From the NCBI GenBank assembly GCA_040437565.1, contig JBDOQK010000054.1:62001-126000 (forward strand): a stretch of 64,000 nucleotides of DNA, read 5' to 3'. Shown one piece after another: positions 13,310 to 26,805 of the stretch (position 1 is its first letter; each line of letters starts with the position of its first letter). Below the pieces are notes generated by a model. The model worked only from the letters and a program-made list of their open reading frames with translations. It had not been told where the DNA came from and ran no database searches. The position numbers were made by a program, and so were the translations under genes. The stretch is from Albugo candida (taxonomy: Eukaryota).

Positions 13310-14383
13310 ATGGAAGCGAAGCTTGATTCAAACGATTACTATGAGAATCTAGGACTTGAACGTACTGCTTCAGAGCAGCAGATAAAGACAGCGTAAGGTC
13401 TAAAAATGCTTTCCAATGAATATAACGACTCTGTTCTCAAAAGGTATCGAAAACTGGCGATTCAGTACCATCCAGACAAAAATCCGAGTGATAAGGAAAA
13501 GGCCGAAGAAAACTTTAAAGTCGTTGGGGAAGCTTACAACGTTTTGTCCAATAAGGACACTCGTTCAATTTGTGCGTTCATCTGTGTGGCCAAAAGCCTG
13601 ACTAAGACATTTACTCTGCAGATGACATCTATGGAAAAGAAGGACTCAACGATGGGGCTGAACCGATGACGAAAGAAAGCGCCTTACGAATATTCAAAGA
13701 ATTTTTTCGATTTGGCAAAGAAATGGACCCTGAAGCACCAGAACTTGGCAACGGTATTCGACGGGCGGCAGGAGGAGTAGTGTATGCTCCCATGAAGGGG
13801 CTCGTGTACGGAGGGAAATCAGTGCTGAGTGGTGTCGTGATGAGCTCTGCTGCGATCATATTTGGAGCGAGTGCAATTGTGGCTAATGTCGCGTTCGGGG
13901 TAAAAGAGATGGGAGAAGCGGGGATCAACACGGCGCGCCGACGCAAAGACTTGGCGCTTAAGAAGGACCGAGTCGAGCAACAGATCGACGGGAAAGGTAT
14001 CGTGTTGGCACTCTATCACGAATATATGCTTAATCTGGTGTAGATGAAATTTCAAGATATGAGCCTTCGTTTCTTGGAGGACTTAAGAAAGCGACATTTG
14101 GTGCAGTGACAGCTCCCGTTGCGGTATGAATTGATTGCCTTTTCATTTTCAAAAGGAAGGTTGCTGATGTCGGGTATAGGCTCTTGTGAACGGTGGAAGT
14201 GTTTTGATAGCAAGTGGAATTGTTGCAGGAGGTTACGTAGTGGGCGGCTTTGCCGGAGCAGCTAGCAATGTTGCAAGCGGAATACAAGAAGTGAAAGCTG
14301 CAAACAAATTTGAAAGACGGAAGAAAGCACAACGAAAGCTGCAAAGTTCCGAAACCTCTGTTAATCAACCTGCTTCTGAGTAG
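13310..14383 (+). CDS. DnaJ (J-domain) protein, multi-exon
   Basis: [58 protein letters not shown], with the HPD motif. Gly/Ala-rich hydrophobic C-terminal exons. Confidence 0.9.
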
Positions 14384-14848
14384 ATAGAAGCACTTGCGTA
14401 TCAATGCTCGCCATATTTAATTTGTGGATAACACGATTTCCATTTATTCATTTCGATTTATAAGCTCATGCGATGCAGCAAATATACATTTTCTATTCAT
14501 AAGCTGATCGAAATGAAAGTGTCAGGCATTCAGAAGCATCAAATTACGGCAACCCGTTGAATCGTAACATTTTGGTACACAATCAATGCGCTTAATGACG
14601 CTGGGATTTGATTACTCAAAGATGAGTCCTTTTCCGCCGACTGTGCTTACGAAACATTGAAAGTTTTCTGCATTCATTGCCTCTATCACTGATTGTAGAT
14701 CGACTTGTGTGAGATTTGCGGGTAGGATACCCACAATACAGCCNNNNNNNNNNNNNNNNNNNNNNNNNNNNNNNNNNNNNNNNNNNNNNNNNNNNNNNNN
14801 NNNNNNNNNNNNNNNNNNNNNNNNNNNNNNNNNNNNNNNNNNNTTTGA

Positions 14849-16341
14849 TTACTCAAAGATGAGTCCTTTTCCGCCGACTGTGCTTACGAAACATTGAAAG
14901 TTTTCTGCATTCATTGCCTCTATCACTGATTGTAGATCGACTTGTGTGAGATTTGCGGGTAGGATACCCACAATACAGCCTCCCGCACCCGCACCAGTGA
15001 GTTTGCTGCCGATACAATATTTGTCCAATATCGAGATGGCCTGATGAATCTTCGGATGCCCAACACCAATTTGGTCAAGAATGACCTGATTCTCTTGGAA
15101 CATCTTGGCGATTGACACATCGTCAAGTCTTCCATCCAATGCGAGTCGAAGGAATTCATTGACGATTCCTTGAATGTTCATGAATCTCATGTCCATCATT
15201 GCTTGGTCGACTTGATACGCTTCGTAGACCTTACTTACAACCGCCTTTGTTGAGCGGGTGACGCCAGTATTTACGACCAAAAATCGAAATGGAGACAGAT
15301 AATTGCCTTGTGCTTTATACTCCATTCGTGGGACTTTGTGATAGACGAGCGTGCCACCAAATGTAGAGATTGTATTGTCGACTCCAGAAGGCGTTCCATG
15401 CGTCAGAACTTCAGCCGCAAATGCGTGGGCATTGATAGAATTCAGGTCTTTCGAGCCAATGTAACACGCCAGAGCCCCGCTCAAAGCAACACAAAACGCA
15501 GCTGATGATCCTAGCCCTGCACCAATAGGAAATAAATCCTTTGTCCACACGTGCACCCGCAATCCTTTCGATTTGCTGTAAGAATGATCGCTTGAGTAAA
15601 TTTACTTTCATACTATTCATTTTCAAAATGTATTACCTGTCATTTTCTTTGGAGCGAAGAAAAGCGCATACAAGAAATAAAGTCGAAAGTAGAAAGTTTT
15701 CGTTATTCACCGCGTGCAATTCTTGCAGTAAAAGGGTCTTGAGACTGGCGAGAAGCGCTTCCGAGGGAACCGGGAAATAGTGATGTTCTTCTGCGTGTTG
15801 TGAGATGACATTATGGAGTGTGCCTAAAGTGATGTGGTGTTGAAACACTGGATTTGAACGCTCCAANNNNNNNNNNNNNNNNNNNNNNNNNNNNNNNNNN
15901 NNNNNNNNNNNNNNNNNNNNNNNNNNNNNNNNNNNNNNNNNNNNNNNNNNNNNNNNNNNNNNNNNNCACCGCGTGCAATTCTTGCAGTAAAAGGGTCTTG
16001 AGACTGGCGAGAAGCGCTTCCGAGGGAACCGGGAAATAGTGATGTTCTTCTGCGTGTTGTGAGATGACATTATGGAGTGTGCCTAAAGTGATGTGGTGTT
16101 GAAACACTGGATTTGAACGCTCCAAATTTGTAAATAATAGTTCAAGTGTGTCGATTGTCGAAGTTGGTTCCTACAGCAAAGCGCTATTTATATGGAATTG
16201 AGAGCAGGAATACAAGAGCATTACAATGGCTGCATGAATCCGAAGGTTGTCTAGCGCTGTTGCCACGCATTGATGGCCATACACAACAGCATGTTCACCA
16301 AAAAGTATAATCTTGGCAGGTGCTGACGCGCGAAATGTCAT
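14849..16341 (-). CDS. MVK: Mevalonate kinase (GHMP family), multi-exon
   Basis: N-terminal [17 protein letters not shown], then [20 protein letters not shown] and [10 protein letters not shown]. Interrupted by the gap at 15867-15966; its 3' end is duplicated left of the gap at 14744-14843. Confidence 0.93.
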
Positions 16342-16450
16342 AAACACCTAGCCTAGCTTAATGTACGATTACGTCACTTGCACATCCGCCAATGACCAAA
16401 TCTCGTTCGTATCTGTCAAAATGGATATATAAATTGAGCACTCTAAGATC

Positions 16451-19400
16451 TTATTTTCCACCTCGCCTACGACCAACATTCACAGCAAATCGTTTGACTG
16501 CTTTTCGTCGATTTCGTGTTGCCATTAATTTTGGATCAAGCGGAATGTATGCGTACGGTTCCAATTTCCCTTTTTTGCGGATATCCCCGCGCGCTTTCTT
16601 CGCTTTATATTCGTTTCCTGCGCCGTCCATATGTTGTGATCGAGACCTCTTCATTCCCGCATTCAAATCCATTGTATCAATCTTCTGAACACTTTGTTCC
16701 ATCTCTTCATCGACATCATCTCCTTCATCGGGAACGATCAAACGCCCATCTTTGGAAAATTGCATTACACTGTCGTCGCTCTCGCTCTGCGCATCCAAAT
16801 CAGGTTTTCGCAGCCCAGCATTAGTTTCCAACAAATCGACAATATCGCCAGTTTTTGACTGGAAAGCGACACCAGAACTTTTGTTTCTAACGCGCTTGCC
16901 TTGGGTTTGTGTCGCGATGGAGCAAACATCGTCATCTTCCTCGGAAAGATTCATAAATTGATCGAAAGACTCGCCAAGCTGTCCCTCTTTCCGGAACGCT
17001 TCTTTTTTTCGTTCTTCTCGGCCTTTCACTTTTTTCATATGGCGCAAAAGCGGTCGATCTTGAGAGGGAATGACATTTTCTAGCGTGTCAAAGCCGAATT
17101 TCCGAACGAGTTTGAGCAAAATGACCCGCGTTTTTGCACGAAAGCGATGTTTGCTCTTCCCAATCCATACAAGAAGGCCTTGTACCATTGCCGGTAGATG
17201 TGGTTCCAGCTGTTTTTTCGTCAAAATGGCAATTCCGAGTTTCATGAATCCAATCACAGCTTTGATAACTTCATTGGCCTTTTCGTGAAGCAGCATTAAG
17301 ACCGTTTCCAGAAGCTGGGGCATGCTTTTTTGAATGGAGATATCACTTCGACCAAATTCGTAGACGATGCGGGACAGACAGAGGACAGCTGCACTACGCA
17401 TGTGAGGCGTCTTGGCGGCCAATCCACCAAAGACGATCTGGATGTACTCAGCCAGACCGTTGGAGCTGGTGGCTTGCATGTAATCAGCCAGTGAGAGTAG
17501 AAGTTGGAATGCAGTTTCACGAGCTCGTCGATTGGATTCTTTTGTGCACAACATTATTTCACCGACCAGATTGGGCAGCAATTCGTCCTTGAAGTCCGTG
17601 TCGAAGGATTCTGAAGCGGATTTCGTCGTGCTATTTCTGCGTTGTGCGGTCAGACCGTGGATGAGATGCGTTAGACACCTCAAACGCATCTTTTTGGACG
17701 TTACGGAGCAAGCCAAAAGCGATCTTGTGATTGTCTGAGTCATATCAGTTAGATTGTTTTCGTGCTGCATGAACGTTGGATGATGATCACAAATGCTTTC
17801 AACTACTGAATAAGCGTATTTCTGCATTGTGGTGTCGGAATCGTTGAGAAGAATTGGCTTGATCGCACGATAGAGAAAGTGTATACTGTCCATACTGACA
17901 CTGCCAACGAGAGCTGTAATGGCCATCAGATGACCACACTGTTTACGACTCTGCTCGGCAGAATTGGAATCTGCAGGCATTTCTTTGGCGTGCACAATAG
18001 TTTGTAGAAACTCTTGAAGGATACTTTTCAATCGAGCGTCCATCGCTTCTGCAGATTCTAAAGATGCGAAGCCTTCAATTGTCAGCATGAGTGACTTGGT
18101 CATATTCGTGTCATTCATGTCGACATTTGCCGTGAGATTGATCAGAGTAGTGAGGAAGCGTGAGGCGAATTTTGAGAGAGCCTTTCGATTCTGTGTTTGC
18201 GTTTGTGGATCATTGCCGATTAGCTCTTCTTCCATCATCATAGTCTCGCCATCAGAATCTCCCTTAGTGGTGTGGCAGCCTCCGAGCTTGAGAAGTGATA
18301 AAAGACCCTGACAAACGATGAGCCGTAATAATGGATACCGCTCGTCTCCTAAAGCATTCGCCAGCGTTTTCGCAATCAATTTGAAGCCAGTGGGAATGTC
18401 GGATGCCCGAGCACAAACGCTGGGAAAGAATCGCCAAAGATCCATTGTGAGCTCTTGCAGACGCTTTGTTTCTGCAGCTGAAGTGTTATCCATTCGAGAT
18501 TTCGCTTCACATTTGCGTGCGATTCCGAGAACTGTTGAGGAAAAGAACGCCAATTCGCAGGGATAGTGTTTACAGCCTTCTCGAAGGATTGGCAGCGTCC
18601 AGGCTTTTTGCATCGAAACAATTCCATCATTATCTAAGATCGATACGACCGAAAGAAAATGTGCAGGTCCAACAGATCCAATCGCAGAAGAGAGCAGTTG
18701 GCCACATCGTGGCTTCCAATTCAGTTGCTCATCATTCCCTGAAGGCATATTACCAGAAGCCTCATACAGTTCGGCGGATTTCTTTAGGATTTCATCGAAT
18801 GTGCCGATACAAAACCTGCCGTGATACTTGTACAGATCAATGAAGAGCCTGAAAACTTGATTCCATGCAAGCTGATATCGAAGTGACAAAAGACTCGATA
18901 GTGATGCGACAATACGAGCCAACCCATCAGAGGTTTCCCATCGATCGTTTTGAAGACACGTTGTGAGAACGTTATATATCCCCTGCATGCATCGGTCGCG
19001 TGTGTATTCTTTCTCAGACTCTGCAAGTGAGCAGAGCAAAGAAATCGCGCGTGGAAGAAGATCAAGTGCTTGGACTTCATTGAGAGAGTGCAGCCGAGTC
19101 AGAGTACGATCGATTAGCTCAATGGTGATCATCCCGACTTCTGCATCTCCTGAATTGAAATTGTCTGCATTCAAAAGTGCTTGGAGCGTCCAAGTGAGAG
19201 CATCTTGCGTCCATTTCGGTTGGTCTGATTTTGCAACTGCATCGAGTGTCTTCATCGTTACCAATTGTACCATAGGAATCGAGGAATCCAAATATTTGGC
19301 CAATGTAGCCATAAGAGATGAGAACGTGGAGCGTGTCATCAGCGGCAATACAGGCTCCAAGAAATTGATCAGAAGCAGCAGCTTACGTTCATCCCTACTC

Positions 19401-20082
19401 GGTGAGCAGGCTGAAATGGCATTCGCGCTAAATTCTGCAATATGTGTCGAAATCGCTTCGATCTTATGCTCGCGATGATGCTCTAAAAGAGTACAAAGAG
19501 AACGTCTTGCTGCTTTTCTCACTTTCGGTCGGGATTTGTCGCTTATGGAGAATACCACCAACAGTTGCAAAGCTTCCAAGATATCCGGTCGAGTCCATGC
19601 GGTTTCTGTCAGTTCCTGAGATCGTAGAATTACCCCCAAGCATGTAGTACCCGAACACAAGCGAGCAGTCTGAACCTCGTCGGACTGCATATTCGCACTG
19701 GATGGATCAAGAATGCGCATGAGAGCCTGAACACTTGCGGTGAATTTCGCGCGAAGTACCGCCACGGGCGTTTGTGGTAAAATAATGGAAAGCAATTTGA
19801 GTATTTCTGTCTGATGGGAGTCCGAGGAAGATTCCAATGCGGTCATTAATGAAGCAAAATACTCGGTGGGTGATATTGACTCGGAATCGGTCGCTTGATT
19901 GACTTTTCGACGCTCGTGAATGACCTGAATGATGACATTTAGGACCATATTGAGCTATATGAAGAGTGGATGAGTGAGAATGGATACATTTGAGTAGATA
20001 GACGTACTTTAGCTTTTTGGGGGTTCGTCGAGCCTGCATAATGAACGATTTCGTGGAATGGATTTTGGGTCGAGAACGCCAT
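16451..20082 (-). CDS. RRP12: RRP12-like ribosome biogenesis HEAT-repeat protein (NUC173)
   Basis: 1165-aa helical ORF with TEYFASLM, RPKVRKAAR, EIMLCTKE and C-terminal KKARGDIRKKGKLEPYAYIPLD. A short first exon (MAFSTQNPF..., ATG at 20082) is followed by a GTACGT..AG intron. Confidence 0.9.
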
Positions 20083-21078
20083 TGAATCGCTGGCGGACAC
20101 GATCTCGTTGAATCAACCTTCGAGTAACCTTCACAAATTTCGACGCCATTACATTGAAATCAAAGAAATTGGGAGATAATTCCGCATTCGAAAGAGGTCT
20201 AGCGTGGCGTAATGACGTTTCAGGTATTCTGAAAGCAACGATACGAACGGTAGCAAAGTCTCATTTTCAATTTGTGAGAATTGCAGTCGATAAAAGCGGC
20301 AGAAATTGTGGAAATGTAATCGCTCGAATTGAAAGGATACTGTCGCATTATCATTACTTCGCTTCTTTCAGACAGCAATACGCGTCGCAACTTTAAAACA
20401 CGCGCCGCAATAAATTTAACAGGAGTCTCACTTTGATATCTATTTCAGAATAGTAAAAATGCTCCCATTTCGGTTGAAAGAAGCTATGAAGCAGGGTTCC
20501 AAAGTAGCTGGAACCCAGCTCTCATGCTCGGATCTCTCCGCTGCCTTTCATTGACAATATTTCGGCGTCAAAGAGCATTTTATGTAAACGAATATAAGCT
20601 CATGAAAGCGCAGTAATGAGGACATACTACTATTGTAATCTGTTACTACTTTAATTTTGAGCGGCCTCACTCAAGGCGAGTATTCTTCTGAGCCAAGAGA
20701 TCATATTCCGTAGTGCTACCAGTGAGTCAAAGATGCTGTCAATAGACGAATCGGATACATNNNNNNNNNNNNNNNNNNNNNNNNNNNNNNNNNNNNNNNN
20801 NNNNNNNNNNNNNNNNNNNNNNNNNNNNNNNNNNNNNNNNNNNNNNNNNNNNNNNNNNNNCCAGCTCTCATGCTCGGATCTCTCCGCTGCCTTTCATTGA
20901 CAATATTTCGGCGTCAAAGAGCATTTTATGTAAACGAATATAAGCTCATGAAAGCGCAGTAATGAGGACATACTACTATTGTAATCTGTTACTACTTTAA
21001 TTTTGAGCGGCCTCACTCAAGGCGAGTATTCTTCTGAGCCAAGAGATCATATTCCGTAGTGCTACCAGTGAGTCAAAG

Positions 21079-23358
21079 ATGCTGTCAATAGACGAATCGG
21101 ATACATTTTTCCATTTCCGAAGCGGTGACTGCATCGGTACTGTGTGCCATTCATCTGTTCGCTTTCTTCGGACTTAGCGCCTCGATATATAGACATTTTA
21201 GATGACTATGGAGTTTGGAACGTTGCACAAGTAATTAATTATGTCAGCGAGAAAGAGGTGATTGCAAATACGCACACAGAAGCAGCGAATATCACATTTT
21301 GTTTAGATGGTTATCGAGTACGATGGCTGGGGACCGAAATTTAGAGAGAAAGTATCTCCTAAGTCGAATAAAATCGCACCGTTCCAAACGTTCACTTGGG
21401 AAGCCAAATGCTGGGCAAAATATGAAAATTATCCGTGGTGGCCTGCCGTTGTAAGTGATTCTGTTGTGCTGAAAGCTGTTTACGCATGAAATTCCAGGTC
21501 GCAATTCGAGTACCGGGGACCGAAAAGGGCAAACGCTACCTCGAGTTGGAGAATAAGCTTCACGTGGATTTCCTGGACAATAAAGATCTGAGCAAGCGCA
21601 CGAGGTATACTCGATAAAAGACCTTATCAGGAAATCTCTCTGTTCTGTTGACAAGATGCTGGCTTCCGAAAAACCAAATTGAGAACTTTTGTAAACAGCG
21701 AGAAAGCCGACAATCGGAATATTATGGAAAGGAATTTGAGCATTCGCTTCAAAATCTAATGCAGTNNNNNNNNNNNNNNNNNNNNNNNNNNNNNNNNNNN
21801 NNNNNNNNNNNNNNNNNNNNNNNNNNNNNNNNNNNNNNNNNNNNNNNNNNNNNNNNNNNNNNNNNTGAGCAAGCGCACGAGGTATACTCGATAAAAGACC
21901 TTATCAGGAAATCTCTCTGTTCTGTTGACAAGATGCTGGCTTCCGAAAAACCAAATTGAGAACTTTTGTAAACAGCGAGAAAGCCGACAATCGGAATATT
22001 ATGGAAAGGAATTTGAGCATTCGCTTCAAAATCTAATGCAGTCCACTGCAGCTGCGAAAGTTCCAAAGTTTGGTCGCGGAATTCTTCCAAGAATGTTGGG
22101 TAAGATACGATGCCCACTTTGTTTTGGTACGTGTGCACTATTTTACTGTTTAGAATTCGCACAAATTGAGCCGCTCAACATGATCCGAAATAAGCAAGGA
22201 GAGAAAGCTTGGCGGTCTCGATATTCCTCGGGTCGAGAACGATATCGTCTTGTGTATGTGTTCACTGATGACTCGGGCCCCTCAAGTGGGAGTCATACCC
22301 GGAAGGAAGGAATGCGACTGACTAAAAGTTCTGAAACCAAGGAAGCAGATAGACCTAAAGAGAAGCAAAACCCCGCAGAGTGTAGGTCCCCACATCTGGT
22401 AATACATTGAGCTGATTTCTGGTACTTAGCCGTCCGAAGGAGAGGACGACCCAATGGTGCAAAGAATAGAAAAAAGCTTTCAACAAACGCCAAATCTCCT
22501 GCACCACAAGCTGAGACAGCCTCAGGCCAACTTTGTGGCTCTGAACAGCTAGTCACGGAGTCTCGATCTGTGAGGCTGAAGAACAGAACGCTATCTGGAG
22601 AAAGCACTCGAAGATGTAAAACGAATCAACCGAATAATAATTCGATTCTTGTGCCGCCAAAGAGAAAGAAAAGAAAGCGAACGAAATCACTGACTGACGC
22701 AGAGGCTGAAATTCCAATGGCGAATGAAATTGAGCAAACCACGGAGAAGAATATCGAATGTGAAAGAATTCATGAGAGCAAAAGTGCGGATCCTTCGACC
22801 CTTTGGAAAGAGGCGATTTTAGCCTACCGCCAAATGGAGAAAACATCGACGTCATCGCTTTCAAATAGAGCCACAAATGACAGAAATTCGAATGAGACTA
22901 AACCCAAAGAAACAAAATTTTGCGGAAGATGGACGAAAGCCGCTCTAAAAGATGCGCCCAAGCAAACCGCAACAACAGCGGTGGAATCATCAGAAAAAGA
23001 ACTCGTCGATATCGTCAGCGATGCAACACAAATACCTGCGGCTGTCAGCACGTCTGAAGAGCAGGCACTCGCTTCTCCTTTGATGCATGCAACCATCAAG
23101 CCAGATGAAGTCGGGAAGATTTTTTCTCATTCGAATGTGGAGACAGACCGCAGCAAAAAAAATAAAGTCATATTCATACTCAGCTCTCGCAAATCTCGAA
23201 AGACCTCACACAAGTCGTCTTCTTGGGCTGAATCAGAGGACGTTCCAACGCATAGTTGCAACGATACAAAAGCTTTTAGACTGTGTCATTGGTTCGCTTC
23301 AAATTTGCAGTCTCTTCGAGCAGCGAGTCAAAAGGTCAAAGATGCTTGTACACTTTAA
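21079..23358 (+). CDS. PWWP-domain chromatin protein with Tudor/MBT-like N-terminus and AT-hook
   Basis: IDILDDYGVWNVAQV..IEYDGWGPKFRE, CWAKYENYPWWPAV, AT-hook-like RRRGRPNGAKNRKK (~22431-22477), and a Lys/Ser-rich tail. Multi-exon; gap at 21766-21865. Confidence 0.75.
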
Positions 23359-23427
23359 TATATGTCGAATTCCATTGGCTTTGACGCCTGTTGCAATCGC
23401 ACTGAATTTCGCAATAGAACGCCCTAA

Positions 23428-24852
23428 ATGGAAACCTTTGCTTCCAGGCTAACTCGAGTTCGGTGTCCATCGTTTCTCGTTCCCACTCAGGCAGACGAGC
23501 TGCATTCCAATCAATTTCGAAAGACCTTACTGCTATGGCTGTTTGCAGCTTTACATAATCCGAGTGTGCGAAACTCTGTGAGCGATCAAGTATGGGCAAA
23601 GGACGAACCGAGTGATAAAGAACTCGAAAACTGGTTGCTCATTCATGTACTGTGATACTGCGAGGTGGTAGAGGAGACTCTTACTTTATGGTGTTGTCGG
23701 TTAGACTGGAGCGTCGATAGAAACTTGTCACAGTCTGATGCAAGGGAAGCTTCCTATGAAAACGCTCCTGGCGCTTTTGGGTCGGGTTCTCGATAGTTTT
23801 GAAGGAAGGATCATGATAGAGACGGTATCGTTTAGCTATGTCATAGTATGAAGCGCTCATCAGCGTAGTATAGAGCTCTCAAGCTACCTCGGAATGCTTG
23901 AGAGGGTCTCTCGACATCATCGCCGATATCGGCACGCATGAGGTATATCAGCATCCAGCTCTAAAACTGTATTTCTACCTCATAGCTCTAATCCCGCAGC
24001 AACATTTCTTCAACCCAATTTGTACATTATTTCCGCCGAGTGTTCAATTACTACTGAGCCGAGAAAATCCTCCTGAAAATTCGCAACTTGAAAATGAGAT
24101 CAATTTTATGCAAAAGGTTTCCGAGCGAGTACAGCCTTCCTTGATAACTATTCTTTTGTGTTGTAGCGAGCGGAACTACTGGTAAATCGCATTCAATCCT
24201 TTGTGGGAATCAGTTTTTCAGTCGACTCCGATAAAGTTGATTCGGATCAACACTTGAGCGAAATAAAAGTATCGTTGTTAAAGAGAGGTTTGTGGGGCGA
24301 TGGTCACGTCGTTTGATGCGCAGAGTGAGCTATTGGGGAGAGAATTGGAAGAATTTGTGCGACTGCTGCAAGTGTGGGTCTTGATTGTTTTATTTTGAAG
24401 GCATTACATAAACAATTTGTGATCCTAGCGGCGATGAGCTTCTGTCCGAAAAACTTGCTCACTGGACGCATTTCCCACGATTTCAGGACGCAGGAATGGG
24501 TCCGGCTATTTCCGACGCACATAACAAGCTCGAGTTGATCGATCAGACAATGGATAGTCTCGCTGTACGTCCGCAATCTGTCAGTACTTATGCGCTATTC
24601 ATTCGTGTGTGCAGCTTTGCAGCGCTTTCGAAAATGAGGTGGGACACATCAATCAAGTAAAGATGATTTGTGACCAGTACGTGNNNNNNNNNNNNNNNNN
24701 NNNNNNNNNNNNNNNNNNNNNNNNNNNNNNNNNNNNNNNNNNNNNNNNNNNNNNNNNNNNNNNNNNNNNNNNNNNNNNNNNNNCACATCAATCAAGTAAA
24801 GATGATTTGTGACCAGTACGTGACGGGAATTTCCAATCTTGATGCATGCTGA
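23428..24852 (+). CDS. Probable augmin/HAUS subunit 7-like protein, multi-exon
   Basis: Ordered blocks RKTLLLWLFAAL, MQGKLPMKTLLALLGRVLD, FFNPICTLFPPSVQL..PENSQLENEI and EKLAHWTH..AGMGPAI resemble plant AUG7/HAUS7 blocks as I recall them. Splice model approximate; gap at 24684-24783. Confidence 0.6.
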
Positions 24853-24936
24853 TTGGACTCCATGATAGAGTGAACGAACGCTGCACACTAATGTCGACAA
24901 CTGAGTATCTCCAACAGATTTAAAGCCTTTAACGGT

Positions 24937-26702
24937 ATGTTTAGCGATGGAATTAGTAGACAAAATTGCTCGCTGTTGACAGCAGTTTCAGATGAAAAAG
25001 AGAGTCTAAACGATAATACACGCATTACAATCCGCGGCATTCGAAATCTTGGCAATACATGTTACTTTAACGCCATTCTACAAGCACTGGCTGCATCACG
25101 TTCCTTTCAAGTGTACTTGGACGAACTGGTCACAAGAGCTTCATCTCGCATCCATGCTGTCAGCACAGCGTTACAAAGCTGCATGGAAGGTTCTCGTCGT
25201 TCAGCTGATGTCAACGTCGGACTCTGAATCCTTTTTTGTTTAGAATTACGACCAGTAGATGGGGAATTCCCAAAGCCTCTGATCCCGTCAGAGCTCAACA
25301 TGCAGCTCGCACTTCGAATTGGGAATTTTGGAAAGAGAAAACAACAGGTTTTGAATGCGCAAATCGCATTCAGATGCGCTCTGATAGCTATTCGTAGGAC
25401 TCCCAAGAAATTTTACATCTTTTATTGGGTCTTATACAAAGAGAGCAAACGACCGAATTGTACCCGGACCGTGGTCTGCGAGATATTGCATCGTTCTTAC
25501 GTGGAGGTTCATTGGAGGGTACTGGAGAGTTTTCTACATTGTCCCACTTGGGCTTTGAAGCGTATGAATCACTCCTTCCGGAAACACGTTCTCTGGAAGG
25601 ATCGATCAGTTATGAGCAATTCAGGCAAGCTGTAGAGACTTGTGAGCGGTGGATGCCGCTATGCGGGCTCGAAGGCAATTTTCTGCAATGTACGCGCTGT
25701 GGAACGAATCGGCCAGTGTCGAATCACCGATTCACAAGCATTTCCCTCGCACTGGGTACGTCATCCAATGTGGAGAACGTCACCCTTGATGCTTGTTTGC
25801 GGTATTATACTAGAGAAGAGCTTATTCCAGACGTCGAATGTGTGCATTGCAGTATCCACCAGGCGATCGAAAGCAGTCGTTCTCAGTACAAAGCGTTATT
25901 GACACAGTTGGAGAAGGGGAGCGGCTGGGATTCGAGTTCGAAGGAGCATACAACCACCTCTTCGCATTCTATTGAATCCGAAATCAAATTACACGACTGC
26001 CGGAATCGCTTACATACACTCCAACAATTGCTGGAATCCTCTGATCTCCATCAGCTCGACCTTAATCGTATCATGCCGCCGATCGATCGAGTCGTTTCCG
26101 AGTGTACCAAGTCGATGCGTTTCACACGATGTCCAGAGACATTCTGCTTTCATATCAACCGGAAAGTCTACCTCAATTGGGGTGGTACCAGCAAACTCGA
26201 CACTCATGTTTTATTTCCGCCTGAGATTGATTTGCGCCCATTCTGCTTCTTTGGAAAAACAACCATGTCCCTGCATTCTGCAATGGATCGCGCTCATTAC
26301 TTGTACGAAATCGTGGCGATGATCTCACATCATGGAAACGAGCATTCAGGACATTATATCGCATATCGAAGAGTCAAAAGCAGCCAATATTACACAGATC
26401 AATGGTTCTTTATATCCGACGATGTTGTGTATCGAGTCGGATACGATCAAGTCAGAGCTTCTCGCGCATATTTACTGTTTTACGAGCGGAAGGAATTAGA
26501 GTCTACTCGACACAACAAATTGAGTGGAAATAGCTCGTTTCTGAGCTCTTTGAATGGACAAGGAGCCGGAAATTTCACATTGAATCGAAGGGGCATTTGG
26601 GGCAGTGAAATGGCTCATGCGGAAACTGTCGTAGGGACAGATTTTGAAAGGACCGTGGAACGAGATCTTAGACTTGGAGCATGCGCGGACACTCCCAAGT
26701 AG
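24937..26702 (+). CDS. Ubiquitin-specific protease (USP/UCH, C19; USP30/UBP27-like)
   Basis: Cys box GIRNLGNTCYFNAILQALA, QQ|DSQE, zinc-ribbon CTRC...CVHC, His box HHGNEHSGHYIAYRR, WFFISDD and AYLLFYER. Confidence 0.9.
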
Positions 26703-26805
26703 GCTCGTTATCACGAGTGAATTGGTAGGTTTTAGCGTAAAATGAAGCACCGTTCTAGGATCGAACAAATGACGTGTTTGGCATTGGTATCATACTCAAC
26801 GTGTT

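Noticed and set aside
20494-20516. GGGTTCC...GGAACCC hairpin in the RRP12/PWWP divergent promoter
   Set aside because: A 7-bp stem is expected by chance; no other support.
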